Shown here in pieces: positions 1-15,410 of a stretch of 64,000 bases of DNA. This DNA is from Octopus sinensis (Eukaryota), in NCBI RefSeq assembly GCF_006345805.1, contig NC_043002.1, positions 62,434,001-62,498,000 on the forward strand, in the 5' to 3' direction. The notes below the pieces were generated by a model that worked only from the letters and a program-made list of their open reading frames with translations, was not told the origin of the DNA and made no database searches. A program made the translations under genes and the position numbers. Numbering within the stretch: position 1 is the first letter of the stretch; each line of letters starts with the position of its first letter.

Positions 1-99
1 TACATGCAGGAGGAGAATATGAAAGAAAAAGCGGTTGAAGTAATAAAAAATATCTTCATATGATCCTTCAAGGCCCCAAGATTTTTTTCTAACAGAAAC

Positions 100-420
100 T
101 CCTAAAATATTCCCTTTTTGTTACATAAATATTTCCTCCTTCCATCGTACTCCTTTTCTTCTCTCACTTCTCAAATAACCATATCTCACCTTCATAACCC
201 CGCATAGACTTATACTAAACTCTCCATATTCCTCTTTCTCTTTCACATCACACTCAAGTCCGCTTCCACAGCTTCCTTTCACGCAGTCCTCGTGCACAAT
301 ATGATGCACATAGAGGGCAACAACCTGCACTCCCATCAATAAACGCGACTACATTTCAACACATGCAAATCTTTACACACAAAAACACCCCCTCCCCAAA
401 TACCACACACACATTTTGCT
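100..420 (-). mobile_element. Possible highly decayed LINE ORF2 C-terminal fragment
   Basis: Minus-strand frames give CCPLC and, after a frameshift, HIVHEDC, reminiscent of the C-terminal CCHC region of L1/Tx1 ORF2; no other motif. Confidence 0.25.
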
Positions 421-741
421 CCTTTATACTATCTCAGTGTATACTTACACTCCTATAGCCGCACACATTTCATCCCTTATCCGTTATTATAGCTCAACCC
501 TATAGAACCAAATACCCATCTCTGCAACTTAACAATCTCGCCCGCTTTTCTTCTCTCGAATTTACATTTAAAATGTCTTCCTATAATTTTCTTGCATATC
601 TTTCATCTGATACAAGACTGGTGTCCCAAACCCCGGAAATTTGCCCCTTCCTTTTACGCGTTGAGCATACTCAACATTTGCTAAAACTTGCTCCACTTAG
701 GTTGTTTTTATCGTTTTGTCTTCATTATTTTCAAAATGACT

Positions 742-1295
742 GAGTTCCGATTAAACAATATCCGAGCTGCTGCTATAGAAAGTGAGCTAAGCACATAAAT
801 TCCACATTTGATCGCCTGTGAAGTAAGCACCTTCTGAGGCCACACAATTTATCTAGCATTGTTCCCATCAATGGAAGGATTCCTGGAGCTGTTTTTGAGT
901 TTGCAAGCATCTGCCATCTGCCTCATTATGTTCTCTTGGATATCCTCGACGTCATGAAATCTTCCTTTCAAGTGGGATTTGGTTTTTGCCTTAGTTTCGG
1001 GATCATAGCCACAGGTCCACAATTCATCACTTTACATCACTGTTTACAAAACGTGGTCCTTTTCCTCGATGCAGTCAAAGAGATCTTGCTCAGCTGCAAA
1101 TTGATCTTATTTTTGAGACGACTACACTCTACATACTTTACTTCCAAGCACAACTATAAACAGCAGTAGTGAGAAAGCACGTTACAACTTCGTGTGCGAC
1201 AGACTTCAAGAGCAATCTGTACCGAACGACTTCACACTGCATACTCTAGGTCTGTTACCATAGCAACAGTCGCGATATTTTTTGACCAGATCTCG
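742..1295 (-). mobile_element. Internally deleted mariner relic
   Basis: Minus strand encodes SDELWTCGYDPETKAK (cf. mariner TGDETWVYGYDPETK) fused to LKGRFHDVEDIQENIMRQM; degenerate TIRs ~742-782 and ~1255-1295, TA follows the right end. Confidence 0.7.
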
Positions 1296-2009
1296 TATTT
1301 AATAAAAATGTTTTGGAGCAATTGCCAATCCGAATCAGTTTAACAATTTTAATCAACGAAGCACTACTTAGCTTTCGTTACTTGATTCAGAGGTACTTAA
1401 TTATTTAAAATGCTAACATACACGAACATGTGTTAAAATATTCTTCCAAACAACGGAATCAATTCGTAAATGATATAATTTGTACCAGCACACATTAATA
1501 TCTTAGAGAAACGTTTCTAGAATTTTCTGCATTGTTGGATTCCTCCCTGTTAAAAGGGTTGTATAAGCACTTAAGGATAGAGCAGGCTATTTCGATATCG
1601 CATTGTCTAAGCTTGAATGGAAAGGAAGATTTTACGGTGGCTTTTAACCTGTTCAGCGGAATAGAGAGCATTTTAAATGAAATGAGCATGAGTGTGTACA
1701 GAATGATGGGGTCCATGATATTATAAACTGTCAACGGATAAACATCTGTCAAGTTCGGGACAGGGATAATTAACAGTTTCAAGAAATCGGGTTGAGAGTA
1801 AATGTCGAAGTTAACATTATGGAATGTAAAGTTTGTAAAGCAATCACATAAAATCTAAATGGTACAATATATGAGAACCTTCCAGAGCAGGCATACACAG
1901 GTAATCTCCGACTTCACATATCAACATACGAAACACCGTTGAAGTCACAAGTGGGGGGAGACAAAGAAGCACTTATACACATCATCCTTCTCTCAATAAT
2001 TAATGTGTG

Positions 2010-3801
2010 TTCGTTCAAAACCGGTTGTTTTTACGCTGACTTGGCAAAAGCTATCTGCGCACATTCTGTTAAAACAAATTGGATCTGCGCAAAGAAAACA
2101 AACAGGGGTGATTATTGTGTAGCAGCAATATTTTTGCTGTCCCGAATTATTAGGCACGTGCCCAATTTAAGTGACACCTCGAAGAAGTACACTGTCGTGT
2201 AGGAACTCGGAAAATGAAAAACACCCATAGAAATATCAAAAATACTGGGAAGAGATCACTATTTCTGATCGGTCGAGGGCAGATAAGGTTAAGTTGAGGG
2301 CTGATTTTAATCGTACTCCGTCTGGTGTGACAAGGGAAGGTGTGCGAAACTCATGTCTGACACGTAGAGAAGTTTTCAAACGTTATGACAGGGATGACGT
2401 ATCGAAAATTAACAGGTGTCGCCTCTTGAAGCAGGTAACTAGGAATGCTAAACCTGTTACAAGGCCCCCTCTGTTCATAAGCAGAAGACACTGAAATGGG
2501 CAACAATACATTAAGATAGATTTTTAAAAATTTTGTTCACTGACGAATGCCGTGCAACCATTGATGGACCAGATGGCTGGAGTAAAGTTTGAGTGTTAAT
2601 CAGCGAGAAGTGTCCTCATCGTTTGAGACGCCAACAGGAGGGCAAGGGGTGGGTGGGTCATGTTTTGGGTTGGCATCATTGGTGGTATGATGGTCAGGCC
2701 ATGAAAATCTCAGATGGAATTAAGATGACATCAAAAACGTATGTTACCTTCTTAAACGCCAATTTCCAACCGTGGTTCAGAATCAATAACTTACATTCCT
2801 GAGAAAGCTGGTCTTCATGCAAGATAATTCCCCGTCTTTTCCAGCGAAGAATTCTAAAGAATACCTGCAGCTTCTCTGGAGGTTGTTTGATGGCGTGGCT
2901 ACCTTCTCCCCCTAACAATCCCGATCGAGAACCTGTGGAATGTCCTGAAGATGCCCGTTTACCAATGCTAGTATAGATGCTGCTCAAAGCATGGCACAAG
3001 AAAGTATCATCACCTTGCCAAATTCAATGGATCAGCACGAAAGGAAGATTTTTGGATGTGGAAGATCATAGATAAAAATGACGACATCATAATCCAATCA
3101 ATATTTTCATTTATGTTTACCATTATTCTTTTACTCTTTTTACTTGTTTCAGTCATTTGATTGTGGCCATGTTGGAGCACCGCCTTTAGTCGAGCAAATA
3201 GACCCCATGACTTATACTTTCTAAGACTAGTACTTATTCTGTCGGTCTCTTATGCCGAACCGCTAGGTTACGGGGACGTAAATACACTAGCATCGGTTGT
3301 GAAGCGAAGTTGGGGGAACAAACACAGGCACACAAACGTATACACACACATACACACGTATACATACATATACATATATACATATATACGACGGGCTTCT
3401 TTCAGTTTCCGTCTACCATATCCACTCACAAGGCTTTGGTCGGCCCGAGGCTATAGCAGAGGACACTTGCCCAAGGTGCCACGCAGTGGCACTGAACCTG
3501 GAACAATGTGGTTCGTAAGCAAGCTACTTACCACACAGTCACGCCTACGCCTATGAATAATTTATGTCCTTTATGAATAATTTTTTGTTATACCTTTACT
3601 GTTGAATTAAATAAATGTTTGTTCTGACTCAATCATCATTTCTATTATAGTCGCCTAATAAATTGTGACAGGGAAAATGTTGCGCAATCACAAAAATGGG
3701 CGCCATTTGTTGGCGCCTGAGCAGATCCGGTTTATCTTAACAGAATGCGCGCAGATAGGTGTTGGCAACAGTCAGTCGGAAAACAAGGGGATTTGAACGA
3801 A
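2010..3801 (+). mobile_element. Tc1/Tc3-like DNA transposon relic with ~150-bp diverged TIRs
   Basis: Inverted repeats ~2010-2155 and ~3653-3801; transposase remnants KILFTDECRATIDGPDGW, GGVMFWVGIIG, LVFMQDNSP and a decayed WPPxSPDLNP region, with many stops and frameshifts. Confidence 0.85.
3127..3551 (-). mobile_element. tRNA-derived SINE, family A, inserted in the Tc1 relic
   Basis: Minus-strand head GGCGTAGGCGTGACTGTGTGGTAAG...GGTTCAGTGCC (A/B-box-like), internal (CA/TA)n, (AGTAAAAG)-like tail; homologous to 15411-15821. Confidence 0.85.
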
Positions 3802-4379
3802 TATATATTTATTTAATGAGAGAAGGTAAATTGCCTAATAATGTGGGACGCAGTGTACATGTGTTTACGTGTGAATACATACAGATATATACGTGTTTGC
3901 AAACACTCACACACACACACACACACACATAAATATATATATTTATGTATGTGTGATTATGTATATATATATACATACGTACCTATTGTACGGCTTTCTC
4001 CATTAGATTTCGTAGTATATACTCTTTTTTACGGCGTATGGTATTTTCATTGTGCTAGATACGAGTGATATTATCTTCCACTCCATTACAAATAAAACAC
4101 GGTATTGTCCTCCTCTTTGTCACATAAAATACACGCGTATAAAAGACAACGAATAAACATCTGAGACAATGGTAAATATATAGAAATACAATTAATAGAA
4201 TGGGAGAGAACAGAATCTAGTTTTATACGACTGATTGATGATACAACGTTACGTATTAGCTGAAGTGGATATTGTCTACCTTCAAATGTTGATACTTGCT
4301 TCATATATTTATACAGATATAAATATAGAAAATATATGTAGAAACGTATACTCAGATTTATGTATATTTGTATATTCGT

Positions 4380-4545
4380 GTCTATCTATCTGTCGGTCTG
4401 TCTATCTGTCTGTCGATCTATATCTATCTATCTATCTGCCTGTCTGTCTATGTATCTATCTATATATCTTTCTGTTTATATATCTATCTGTCTATCTATC
4501 TATCCAACCATCTATATATATCTATGTATATCCATCCATCTACTT
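4380..4545. repeat. (TCTA/TCTG)n microsatellite
   Basis: Direct tetranucleotide periodicity. Confidence 0.9.
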
Positions 4546-4649
4546 ACCACTGTCGACTGACGTGAAGTCGCCTCGGCTCCGCAGGTAATCCCTTTTTTTC
4601 GACCTTTTATTGTATACACTTTGTTTCAATTTTTACACACAAGGTGTGT

Positions 4650-7600
4650 AAAGCACCCAGCTTTCGTTTGAGTGTGTTTTCAAGGGACGAATTGACACCT
4701 AAGGGCAATTTCAAACTTATTTATATTTCTATTTTCTTCGATTTCCTTGCCATATTTCTAAACAAATATAGCTAAGCGAAACCATGAGGCCGACTTCCTG
4801 CCTCCAGCAATACTTCAGGCGAAGGAAGCGGAAAGCAAAGCCGTTCCGCGTAAACGCACACAGGGCTTAGAAGGTACGAATGCTTCTGTTACTATAATCA
4901 CTACTTCCACTACTGATACCACCACCACCGTTGCCATCAACACCACAACCAACACCATTACCGATAACAATTTTGCCGCAATTTGAAGCCAAATAAACGA
5001 GTGATGTAATTTTCCAAGGAAGAATTACTTACCTGCAAAGAAATGTTTACAAAAAATGAAGTCACCATTCAATTACAGACACCTGAAAACATCACAAAAA
5101 CTATCGCAAAAGAAATACAATCAAGACACTCAACGCAAAAACAAAAGTGCATGAAACAGTCACTCATGAAAATGTGGAAAAATGTTTAAGGCACACATGG
5201 GCCTTTAAAGACTGAATAACGAGGGGAAACAGGTTTGCGACGATCGAAGTAAGATTCTATAGCGAAGATCGAGCCAAGGAGCTCTCCACAAGGTCCTTTC
5301 TACATGAAAATCTCCTCATGATCCCTATATACCTTGGTCGTAGGGTCACAAAAAGCAACATAAAAATGTGCCCCCCGAAATTGAAATAAATTGGGAAGTC
5401 AAGATTCTTGCTCAGATCAATCCAGTGAATTTTGAAAAAAATCCCCAGCGAATTCAATTGACAGAGGATTCGATCTTGCATGTAGCCGTCGAAGGCAGGA
5501 AGCCAGTTGCTACATTTATGGTAGCAAAACACATTTAAAAACTAACTATCCACTAGAACAGAAACAACAACAACGACAACAAGACCACGAAAAACAATAA
5601 CCACTAGAAAACCAAAAAGCCAGCACTACTACCCACACCGCCACATGTACAACAAATTAAGCAGCTCTACAAATAAATGAAGGAACAACAGCAACCAACA
5701 AGTCAACCGAATCAAACAACACCACCACCAGTTCCACGAAGAACAGAACCAAAACTATCATCGCCACCACCAACAATAACTCCACAGGAAGACGGGGAAA
5801 CCAAAAACACTCATACCCCACCCCCAAAACCCAAACACCCCATCCCAACTGTCACCAAACAGCAGCACCAGCACCAAAAACAAAAATCAACATACTCAGA
5901 AATAGATCCTAATACCCTTCACCTCCCACCCTCTGATTTTTCCGACATGTCGTCAGATGAAGACGACACAGAGGATTGGCAAGTAGCCACAGGGGGAAGG
6001 AGAAAATGGGGGAAAAGAATAGAGAAGCAGACAAACAAATCGGGGAGGCTTACCACTCCCGAAACCAAAACATCCGTAGGAAACAAAAGCATCAACACAA
6101 ACACACCAACACCAAATCCCCCAACAATGTTGACAGCTATAGACACCAATAATCCAGACCTAATGGAATACATTAAGTCAAACACTAACATAACAGAAAA
6201 TGATATCAAAACAAAGAATCACCCACGCACAACACTACCACAACACATTAAAATCATACACATAACACAGAACACACACAACACCCTGATGCAGTTGGGA
6301 GATTCCAATAATACCTCTCTAAAAAACTATCAAAGCCTTTCTGAAAGAAGACTGTGAGATGGAGGACAAAGAACTTTCGGACAGTAAATAACTCTCTCTC
6401 TCTCTCTCTGTCTCTTTCTTTCTTTCTTTCTTTCTTTCCCTCGTCTCCCTTTCGTGTGTAAAATACAACCTTCAACAGGAACATGCTCAAAATAGGCAGT
6501 ATAAATGTACGTGGCTTGGGGTCGCCTTGGAAACAAGGCTACTTGTTAAACAACACAAGTCACAAAATCTGCATATCATAGCCAGCAGCGAGACAAGACT
6601 CCACAGCCCTTGGGCCCTCCAGCACAAGTTCGGCGGACATTTCGACATTTATTCTTCTCCGTGTCTGCTGAGAATGGGCGGAGGGTGTACTGCGGTGCTT
6701 CTTCGGAAGAGTCTGGACCTCAAAGTAAGAGAAATTTTCGTAGACCCAGAGGGTAGGCTGGTTGTCTTGGATGTCGATAGTAACAATGGGTGCGCTTTTC
6801 GACTGATAACAGTTTATGCACCGTCCTTAACAGGTCGACCAGATTTCTTTCGACGTCAAGAGGTTTTCCTGCGAACGTCTCGACCTTTACTTTTAGTGGG
6901 GGATTGGAATACTACCCTGGACACGCATCTAGACTACGTGGGAAGAGACAGTAATAGGAGGGGTGCAAATGCTTCAAAGACCTGCTCAGACGTTTCCAAG
7001 TTTGACAAGTACCGACTGGACCAACCGAATGTTCCAATGTGGGCATGAAGCAACCGCATCGAGTCTTCCAGATCGTATTTAGATAGCGTATTCTGTGGGA
7101 CAGTGGATAGGGATAGTTTAGGTTATCCACATTTCCACATAGTCAGCTACACAGACCACAAATTTGTGACATGTGCACTTCAGTTAGATAAGACACATAG
7201 GCAGGGTCCCGGTTACTGGAAGCTGAACGCGTCGTTCTCGGCACATAAGGCTTATAGGTACTGATTAGCACATTAGTTAAGAGAGCATTGACGGGTGCCA
7301 TCATCAACAACAGATGGTGATATGCCCTAAAGAAAGCAATTAAAGCAGAATCGGTTAGATGCAGTAAGGCCCTAGCATTAGACCGAAATAGAATAGAGGG
7401 AGACAGTTAACAAATTAGAAGAGGCACTTAGAACTGGCATCACGTCCAACATACTGGCAGCGAGTTTGGCCCTCGAACAACATTTCAACGACAAACATGA
7501 AGGTTGCGTTGTCAGAGCTAGGATGCGTGCTCTGAGGAACCAAAGAGTCGGAGCCACCCAAGAGGCCCGAGTGGCGGAGGCGCAACGAGGTAACAGATCC

Positions 7601-8360
7601 ATCATTAGGTTCTTGACAAATGAACAGAGGCGCGAAGTACTCGAGCCTCAAAGGATGTGTGAGGCCTTTCAACACTTTGCTCGACTGTTCGGGACCACTG
7701 ATGGGTCAGATCGCAGGATGGACTTTAGTGCTTACCTGCATGGCCTGCCACGACCCTCAGCATGAGAGGCAGAGTGTTGTGTAAGATCCATGACAGCCGC
7801 GGACGTACGGGATGCGATGGGAGGCTGCGCGGGAGACAAGTCACCAGGCTTGGATGGTCTGCCCTACGAACTTTATTGTCATATGCCAGACTTGTTTGAA
7901 GGCGTCTTGGCAGCTGTCTACCGCAACTGGCAGCAAAACGGGAGTATCACCATCTTTATAAAGCGAGGAGCGGTGGCGCTGCTAAAGAAAGATCAAAACA
8001 AGGGGAACGTTTGGTTCGTCATCGCTTCTGTTTCATCGCTTCTGTATGTATTGACTCTTAAGCCACTACAGCCCACTACAGCGGAAGCTGAAGACGCTGA
8101 GAGGCATCCCACGAGAGCCGGCATGCGGGAGGGGTGTGTCTGCATACGCGGACGTCGCCGTCATAATGTCGAGCCACAAGGGCATCGACCTGGTCGGCGA
8201 GACACTAAAAGAATACGAAGTGGTAACGGGAACAAAAATTAACCGGGAAAAGTCAGTGGGCTTGCGACTCGGCATCCTGGAGAAGCAAGCCCATGCCGTC
8301 CAACATCGTCTCCATCATGCGACGCTGGACCGACGGACAGGTGAAATTGTTCGGAGTCTA
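4650..8360 (+). mobile_element. Tx1/L1-like non-LTR retrotransposon, decayed, 3'-truncated (5' boundary uncertain)
   Basis: ORF1 remnants (ENVEKCL..RGNRFATIEVRF..PIYLGRR, VEGRKP, degenerate zinc knuckle, Pro/Thr-rich tail to 6357) followed by ORF2 from ATG 6483 with APE and RT motifs. Confidence 0.9.
6483..8360 (+). pseudogene. LINE ORF2 (APE endonuclease + reverse transcriptase), frameshifted, RT core partly deleted
   Basis: MLKIGSINVRGL, SETRL, DPEGRLVVLDV, TVYAP, LVGDWN, SYLD, YTDHK, GPGYWKLN, KSPGLDGLPYELY; then a jump from KKDQNKGN to SLLYVLTL and SAYAD(V). Confidence 0.9.
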
Positions 8361-8789
8361 TAATTGTATAAGTAAACTTATAACTAACTCCTAAATTATC
8401 TAAATAGCAACCTAGCCCTTGGAGTCCATACAGATAATATTCCTACCAGTCTTCCATAGTTATTAATATAAAACTAAAACTGAAAGCTTTTATATTCTAT
8501 TCTTTCCAAAACAAAACAAATTCGATTGAGCTTAACTAAACTAATAATATAACTAATTCAAAGGGAATTACGCTATTTCATAACCCAAAAGTTAATACTT
8601 AAAAAACTCCATATGTATTAAATATTCGCTATCCTTAGATGCTTTAATGTTAAACTTATACCATTTAACAGATAATGCTGAAATAACCTTATTAAATCAG
8701 AAACTAATAAAAGAATACCTATAGATAACAATTATTATTAAAACCATGTTACGATTAAAACTAAATATATAACCGTTTAAAAGATAATA

Positions 8790-9030
8790 TAAAACAGGAG
8801 CACTCAGTGAGTGCAGACCTCCTCCGCGAAAGCAACACCAACGTCCTCTTAACGATTAACCGGAGATTATTTTTAAATGAGAATACCTGAAATAAACTCG
8901 ACTGCTCTCACAAACAGGAAAAACTAAAAATGAACCCGACCGATCTGAAAAAGTAAGTGTAAAAAAGGAAAAATAATCCTCTATCACTGTCCGGTACCGA
9001 ATCGAGCTCAAAATATAATCTTTTCGTGCG
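8790..9030. mobile_element. Putative non-autonomous Helentron/HINE-like fragment
   Basis: Begins AAAACAGGAGCACTCAGTGAGTGCAGACCTCC, resembling (from recall) Helentron-associated element termini; subterminal hairpin GCACTCAgTGAGTGC. Confidence 0.35.
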
Positions 9031-9049
9031 AGTTGTGACTTGAATTTAT

Positions 9050-11350
9050 TGTTGGATGCTTTGCTGTTTACGAGGAGGTGGGCGTTTTTTGTTTTGAACT
9101 TTTGATAGTGTTATTTGTTGAAACCATTTGGTTACTTGTTGAAACCATTGTTGGATTATTTTTGAAAACTTTTGTTTTTATGTGTTTTACCCCCGTGTGG
9201 GGAAGCTTGAATTATGGCAAGCTCGAATGAACTATATATGGAAGGGTTATTGAGTCAAGAAGAATTGGAAAGGATTGTGGAAAAAACATTAATAGAAGAA
9301 GAAACTGAGAATACCCCATATCGACCATCGACGTCAAAAAAAAAAATTGAAGTTGCAAATTTGTGTACAAAAGAAAAAATGGCAGAAAAAATGAGAAAAA
9401 AAATCGAGAAAATTAAATTGAAGATGCTAATCCTGAACAACTTAGAAAAAACATAAGGAATTATTAACGAACGAGAGGAATGAAGTAGAAGTAGCCTCCC
9501 AAAAGATATTCAACAAGATGTAGCGAAGAAAACTCTCATTTATAAAACATACAAGGTGAAAGAAAAAAAGACAGATTACGTTGTGGAGAGTGAAATTGAG
9601 AAATGCCTAAAGCCTATATGGCGCCTGGTAAAATACGTAAACAGAGGAAGGCTGTATGCAACCGTCGAAGTAAGATTGGAGTCAGAAGAGGCAGCCAGAC
9701 TCCATTCAGACGACTCTATAAAAACCGAAGAGGTGGTTTTTCTGCCCATATATTGGGCAGAAGAACGTCAAGAGTTACGATAAGTAACATTTCCCCTAAG
9801 ATGGACCCAGAGTGGCTCGTCGCGGTAGTTACAATGGGTCTAGAAGACAAAATATCCGTATTGGAAACTGCCATGATGCAGCCACGCAACTGGCATGGCC
9901 AGGGCCTTCGAATGCAAGCCGAGCAGACCACGCTGGAAGAAATAAGAGATTATTGAGTTTGGTGGACCCGACTGGTGGACATCGATGCTGGTAAAAAGAG
10001 TCAGCAACATCGATACTGCTAATGAAACCGAGAAAGCGAAGGCAGTAAAAGAGAATGCAGCGACATCGACGGAACAAACAACTGTACCAGAGGGAAAAAC
10101 AGGCGTGAGGTGGGAACTGATTTGTCATTTACTAGACTGATAAGAAAAATTATAAAATGTTGGCAAACGAATTTCGCAAGGATGTACGCCCTCCTAGATT
10201 GGACATTACTGATAATCAATATGAGGGCCTCATCACTCCGGCACATCGAGCCCGAGAAAAAGAAAAGGAGACGGATAACCCTCCGTCTCCAGACACTTCT
10301 CCAAGCCCGCCGGGTGGTGGGGTGGGGTGGGATGGGATGGGGTGTTGGTACTACTTAAAAGAATCCGAGTTTCGGAGAAAAAGTAGATTTTTTTCTGATC
10401 CAGAATGTAGGCTGGTCATTTTAGATTTGACGTTCAGTTATTGTAAGGAAATCAGGCTGGTTGCAGCTTATGTACCTAATTCAAGTCAGACTGATCCTTA
10501 CCGTGATATGGAGAAGTTTCTAGGCACGTCACGTTCACTAGTTGTGTTAGGAGACTTTAACACTATTCTCAATGCGCGCGTGGATAGTGTTGGCTCGAAT
10601 CCTAATAGAAAACCGAACATAGTCTTCCGGGATCTATTAAGTCACTTTCAGCTAGTTTATCCCTCCAGATTAGAATTCCTGAACTCTCCATTGTGGACAT
10701 CGTCACATAGCAACGGGTCTTCTAGGTCTTACATTGATAGGATATTTATTAGAAAATTTGATAATGAAATAGTTACGCGTCCGCAATTCCACTTGGTCAG
10801 TTACAGTGACCACAAGATGGTAACTTGTAAACTGAACCTAGATAATATATATAGTAAATATTCCTGCTACTGGAAACTCAATAAGTCCCTTTTGGCGATT
10901 GAGAAGTACAGGAGCCGGATTAAGTCCCTAATACAGGGGGCGTTAACCGGTTCCATTATCAGCAACAAATGGTGGTACGCCCTCAAAAGAGCCTTTTAAT
11001 TCGAGTCTATTAGATATAGCATAGGATTAGTTGCTAGAGGGCGTAAGGAAGAAAATGAATTAGTTAAGGCCCCTAGAGGAAGCCATGACATCTGGCGACG
11101 CATCCCAGGTGAAGGTGAAGAGACTGGAATTAAACCAGCACCTCGAAGCCAAACACATGCGGTGTATCGTCAGAGCTAGACTTCATGCAATGGGGAGCGA
11201 GGGAATCAAGGCCGCTCGATGAACACGGGTTGTAGAAGCTCAACGTAGAAATGATTCCATAATTCGATCTGTGGTGAATGCGCAAGGTGATTTGATAAAC
11301 GAACCCGAGATATGTCGGACGTTCCAGCAGCACTTCACCCATCTTTTCGG
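9050..11350 (+). mobile_element. Second Tx1/L1-like LINE (ORF1 + endonuclease region), decayed and truncated before RT
   Basis: ORF1 EIEKCLKPIWRLVKYVNRGRLYATVEVRL..PIY-GRR; EN motifs DPECRLVILDL, AAYVP, VLGDFN, SRSYIDRIF, YSDHK, YWKLNKSLL, WWYALK. Confidence 0.88.
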
Positions 11351-11817
11351 AGGTTTAAAAGCAGAAGAAAAGCACAGTTTCAAGATTGAAGACTAAGACT
11401 GTTTCAACAACAATCTGAGAGATCAACTTCTGGGTCAATATTCTTGTCTTAGAGGAAGAAGCCAGAAGTTTTAGAGGCAAAACATCTCTCTATCTCTGGG
11501 AAGAACTGGACCAAATTTCTAAAGATGGAACAACATTAGTCCAGCGAGATGTGGTCAAGGAGGAACAAAAACGATCTCCATATCGTTTGAGTATAATAAA
11601 TTTGAAACCAGAAGCAACCAGCTTGGCCTTGTCAGCAAAATCTCCGTACGGTTTAAATATACAAATCGCTGATATTCTAGTAACTAAAAGGTGTTAGCTG
11701 AAGGGCAGCTAGGAGTCGTGACCAAGATGCGGTTCGGCCTCCTTAGTATGTAAGAATTTCAAGCCCACAAAATTTGTCTGAGATGGTTGTTTCGTCAGTG
11801 AGGAATTTCTGTTATTC

Positions 11818-12119
11818 AGAGAGAGAGAGAGGAAGAGAGAGAGATAGGAAGAGAGAGAGAGAGAGGAAGAGAGACAGAGAGGAAGAGAGACAGATAGGAA
11901 GAGAGACAGAGAGGAAGAGAAACAGAGAGGAAGAGAGACAGAGAGGAAGAGAGACAGAAAGGAAGAGAGACATAGAGGAAGAGGGAGAGAGAGAGGCAGA
12001 GAGAGACAGAGAGATCCTTACCATTGTTGTTGATAAACATTTTCTTTACGTGATAATGATGGTGATTATATTGGTGATGGCATCGATGAACATAGTGGTA
12101 AACAAGAACACGATGATGA

Positions 12120-12153
<34 letters not shown>

Positions 12154-12219
12154 GGTGGTGGTGGTGGTGGTGATGGTGATGGTGGTGATGATGATAATGG
12201 CGGTGGTGGTGGTGGTGGT

Positions 12220-12252
<33 letters not shown>

Positions 12253-12615
12253 AGCGGCGGCGGTGGTGGTTATGATATTTGCGGGAGGAGTCGCAGTCGG
12301 TGGGGGGATGTGGGTGACGATAGTTATGATGATGGTGGCATTAACGGCGATGATTATCATCGATATCAACGCGATAATAATTATCTCTCCCCCCTCTCTC
12401 TCTCTCTCTCTCTGTACATATATATATATATATATATATATACATACTTGTGAGTGTGTATACGTGTCAATATGAAGGGGTACGCAAATAACTATTGAGT
12501 GGCGGGTATTGAAGAAGGGGCTGCAGCAGCAGCGGCAGTAACAGCAGCAACAGCAGCAACATCAGCAGCAGCAATAACAGTAGCAGTAGCAGAAGTAGCA
12601 GCAGCAGCAGCGTCA
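11818..12615. repeat. Compound low-complexity block: GA-rich minisatellite, (GAT)n(GGT)n(GGC)n, (GCA)n
   Basis: Direct periodicities; explains the poly-V/T/M ORFs. Confidence 0.9.
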
Positions 12616-13037
12616 GCCTCTGTCAATTAACGTGTTGCAATAATTATCGGTTGGCATAACTATAATGAAGGCACCGTATCGCCGTTTTCATCCATTCATT
12701 GCTACATTCATCCGAGAGATCAAAAGCTTCAAAAACGCCTCGTGGATATTACTGGTTGTTCTTGTTGTAAATTTTATTTGTTTCCGTCGATGTTTTAGCG
12801 ATGTTGATGTTGGCATTGTTGTTGTTGTTGTTGTTGTTTTGTTTTCGTTTCTGTTATTGTTGTTTGTGTTATTGTTGTTGTTATCAAACTGTCTTTCATT
12901 CTCTATTGATTGCTATCATAGAGTTACGCTTCCTTTTCATCTTGTAGCGGCTCTTTTCATATATTCGTTGCTTTCCATTGTTTTGTCCTTGTCATTATTT
13001 GTTGTTGTATTATCAATGGTGCTGGCTCAGCACAATG

Positions 13038-15075
<2,038 letters not shown>

Positions 15076-15084
15076 TAGCTTAGA

Positions 15085-15255
15085 AATATATTTCTTTTAA
15101 ACATTTTATTACATTTCAATTTGTATATTACAATTACCTAAATTAGCATAGAATAATGGTTTCATAATTTTTTCTATGATTAAAATTTAAACTATTAATA
15201 TAAGGATGCGAAAGAGATAGTTGAATAACTGTAAACCTACTTTTGGGCCACCCTG
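15085..15255. mobile_element. Half of a Tc1/mariner MITE (same family as 53589-53816)
   Basis: Ends GAATAACTGTAAACCTACTTTTGGGCCACCCTG|TA; interior matches ~53640-53816. Confidence 0.75.
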
Positions 15256-15266
15256 TAAATATAAGC

Positions 15267-15324
<58 letters not shown>

Positions 15325-15410
15325 ATCTCACTCTTGCCCTGACTCTTGCCCTGACTTTTTTCTCACTCACTCTATCTTTCTCTGTGTGTATATATATATA
15401 TATATATATG

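Noticed and set aside
1495-1920. Overlapping short ORFs in unique-looking sequence
   Set aside because: No recognisable motif or convincing splice signals
5677-6357. 226-aa Pro/Thr-rich ORF as a host gene
   Set aside because: Lies between the ORF1 zinc knuckle and the ORF2 start of a LINE; it is the ORF1 tail
11400-11560. Possible Tc1/maT transposase C-terminal trace (LEEEAR..LWEELDQIS)
   Set aside because: Too short and degenerate; no TIRs found
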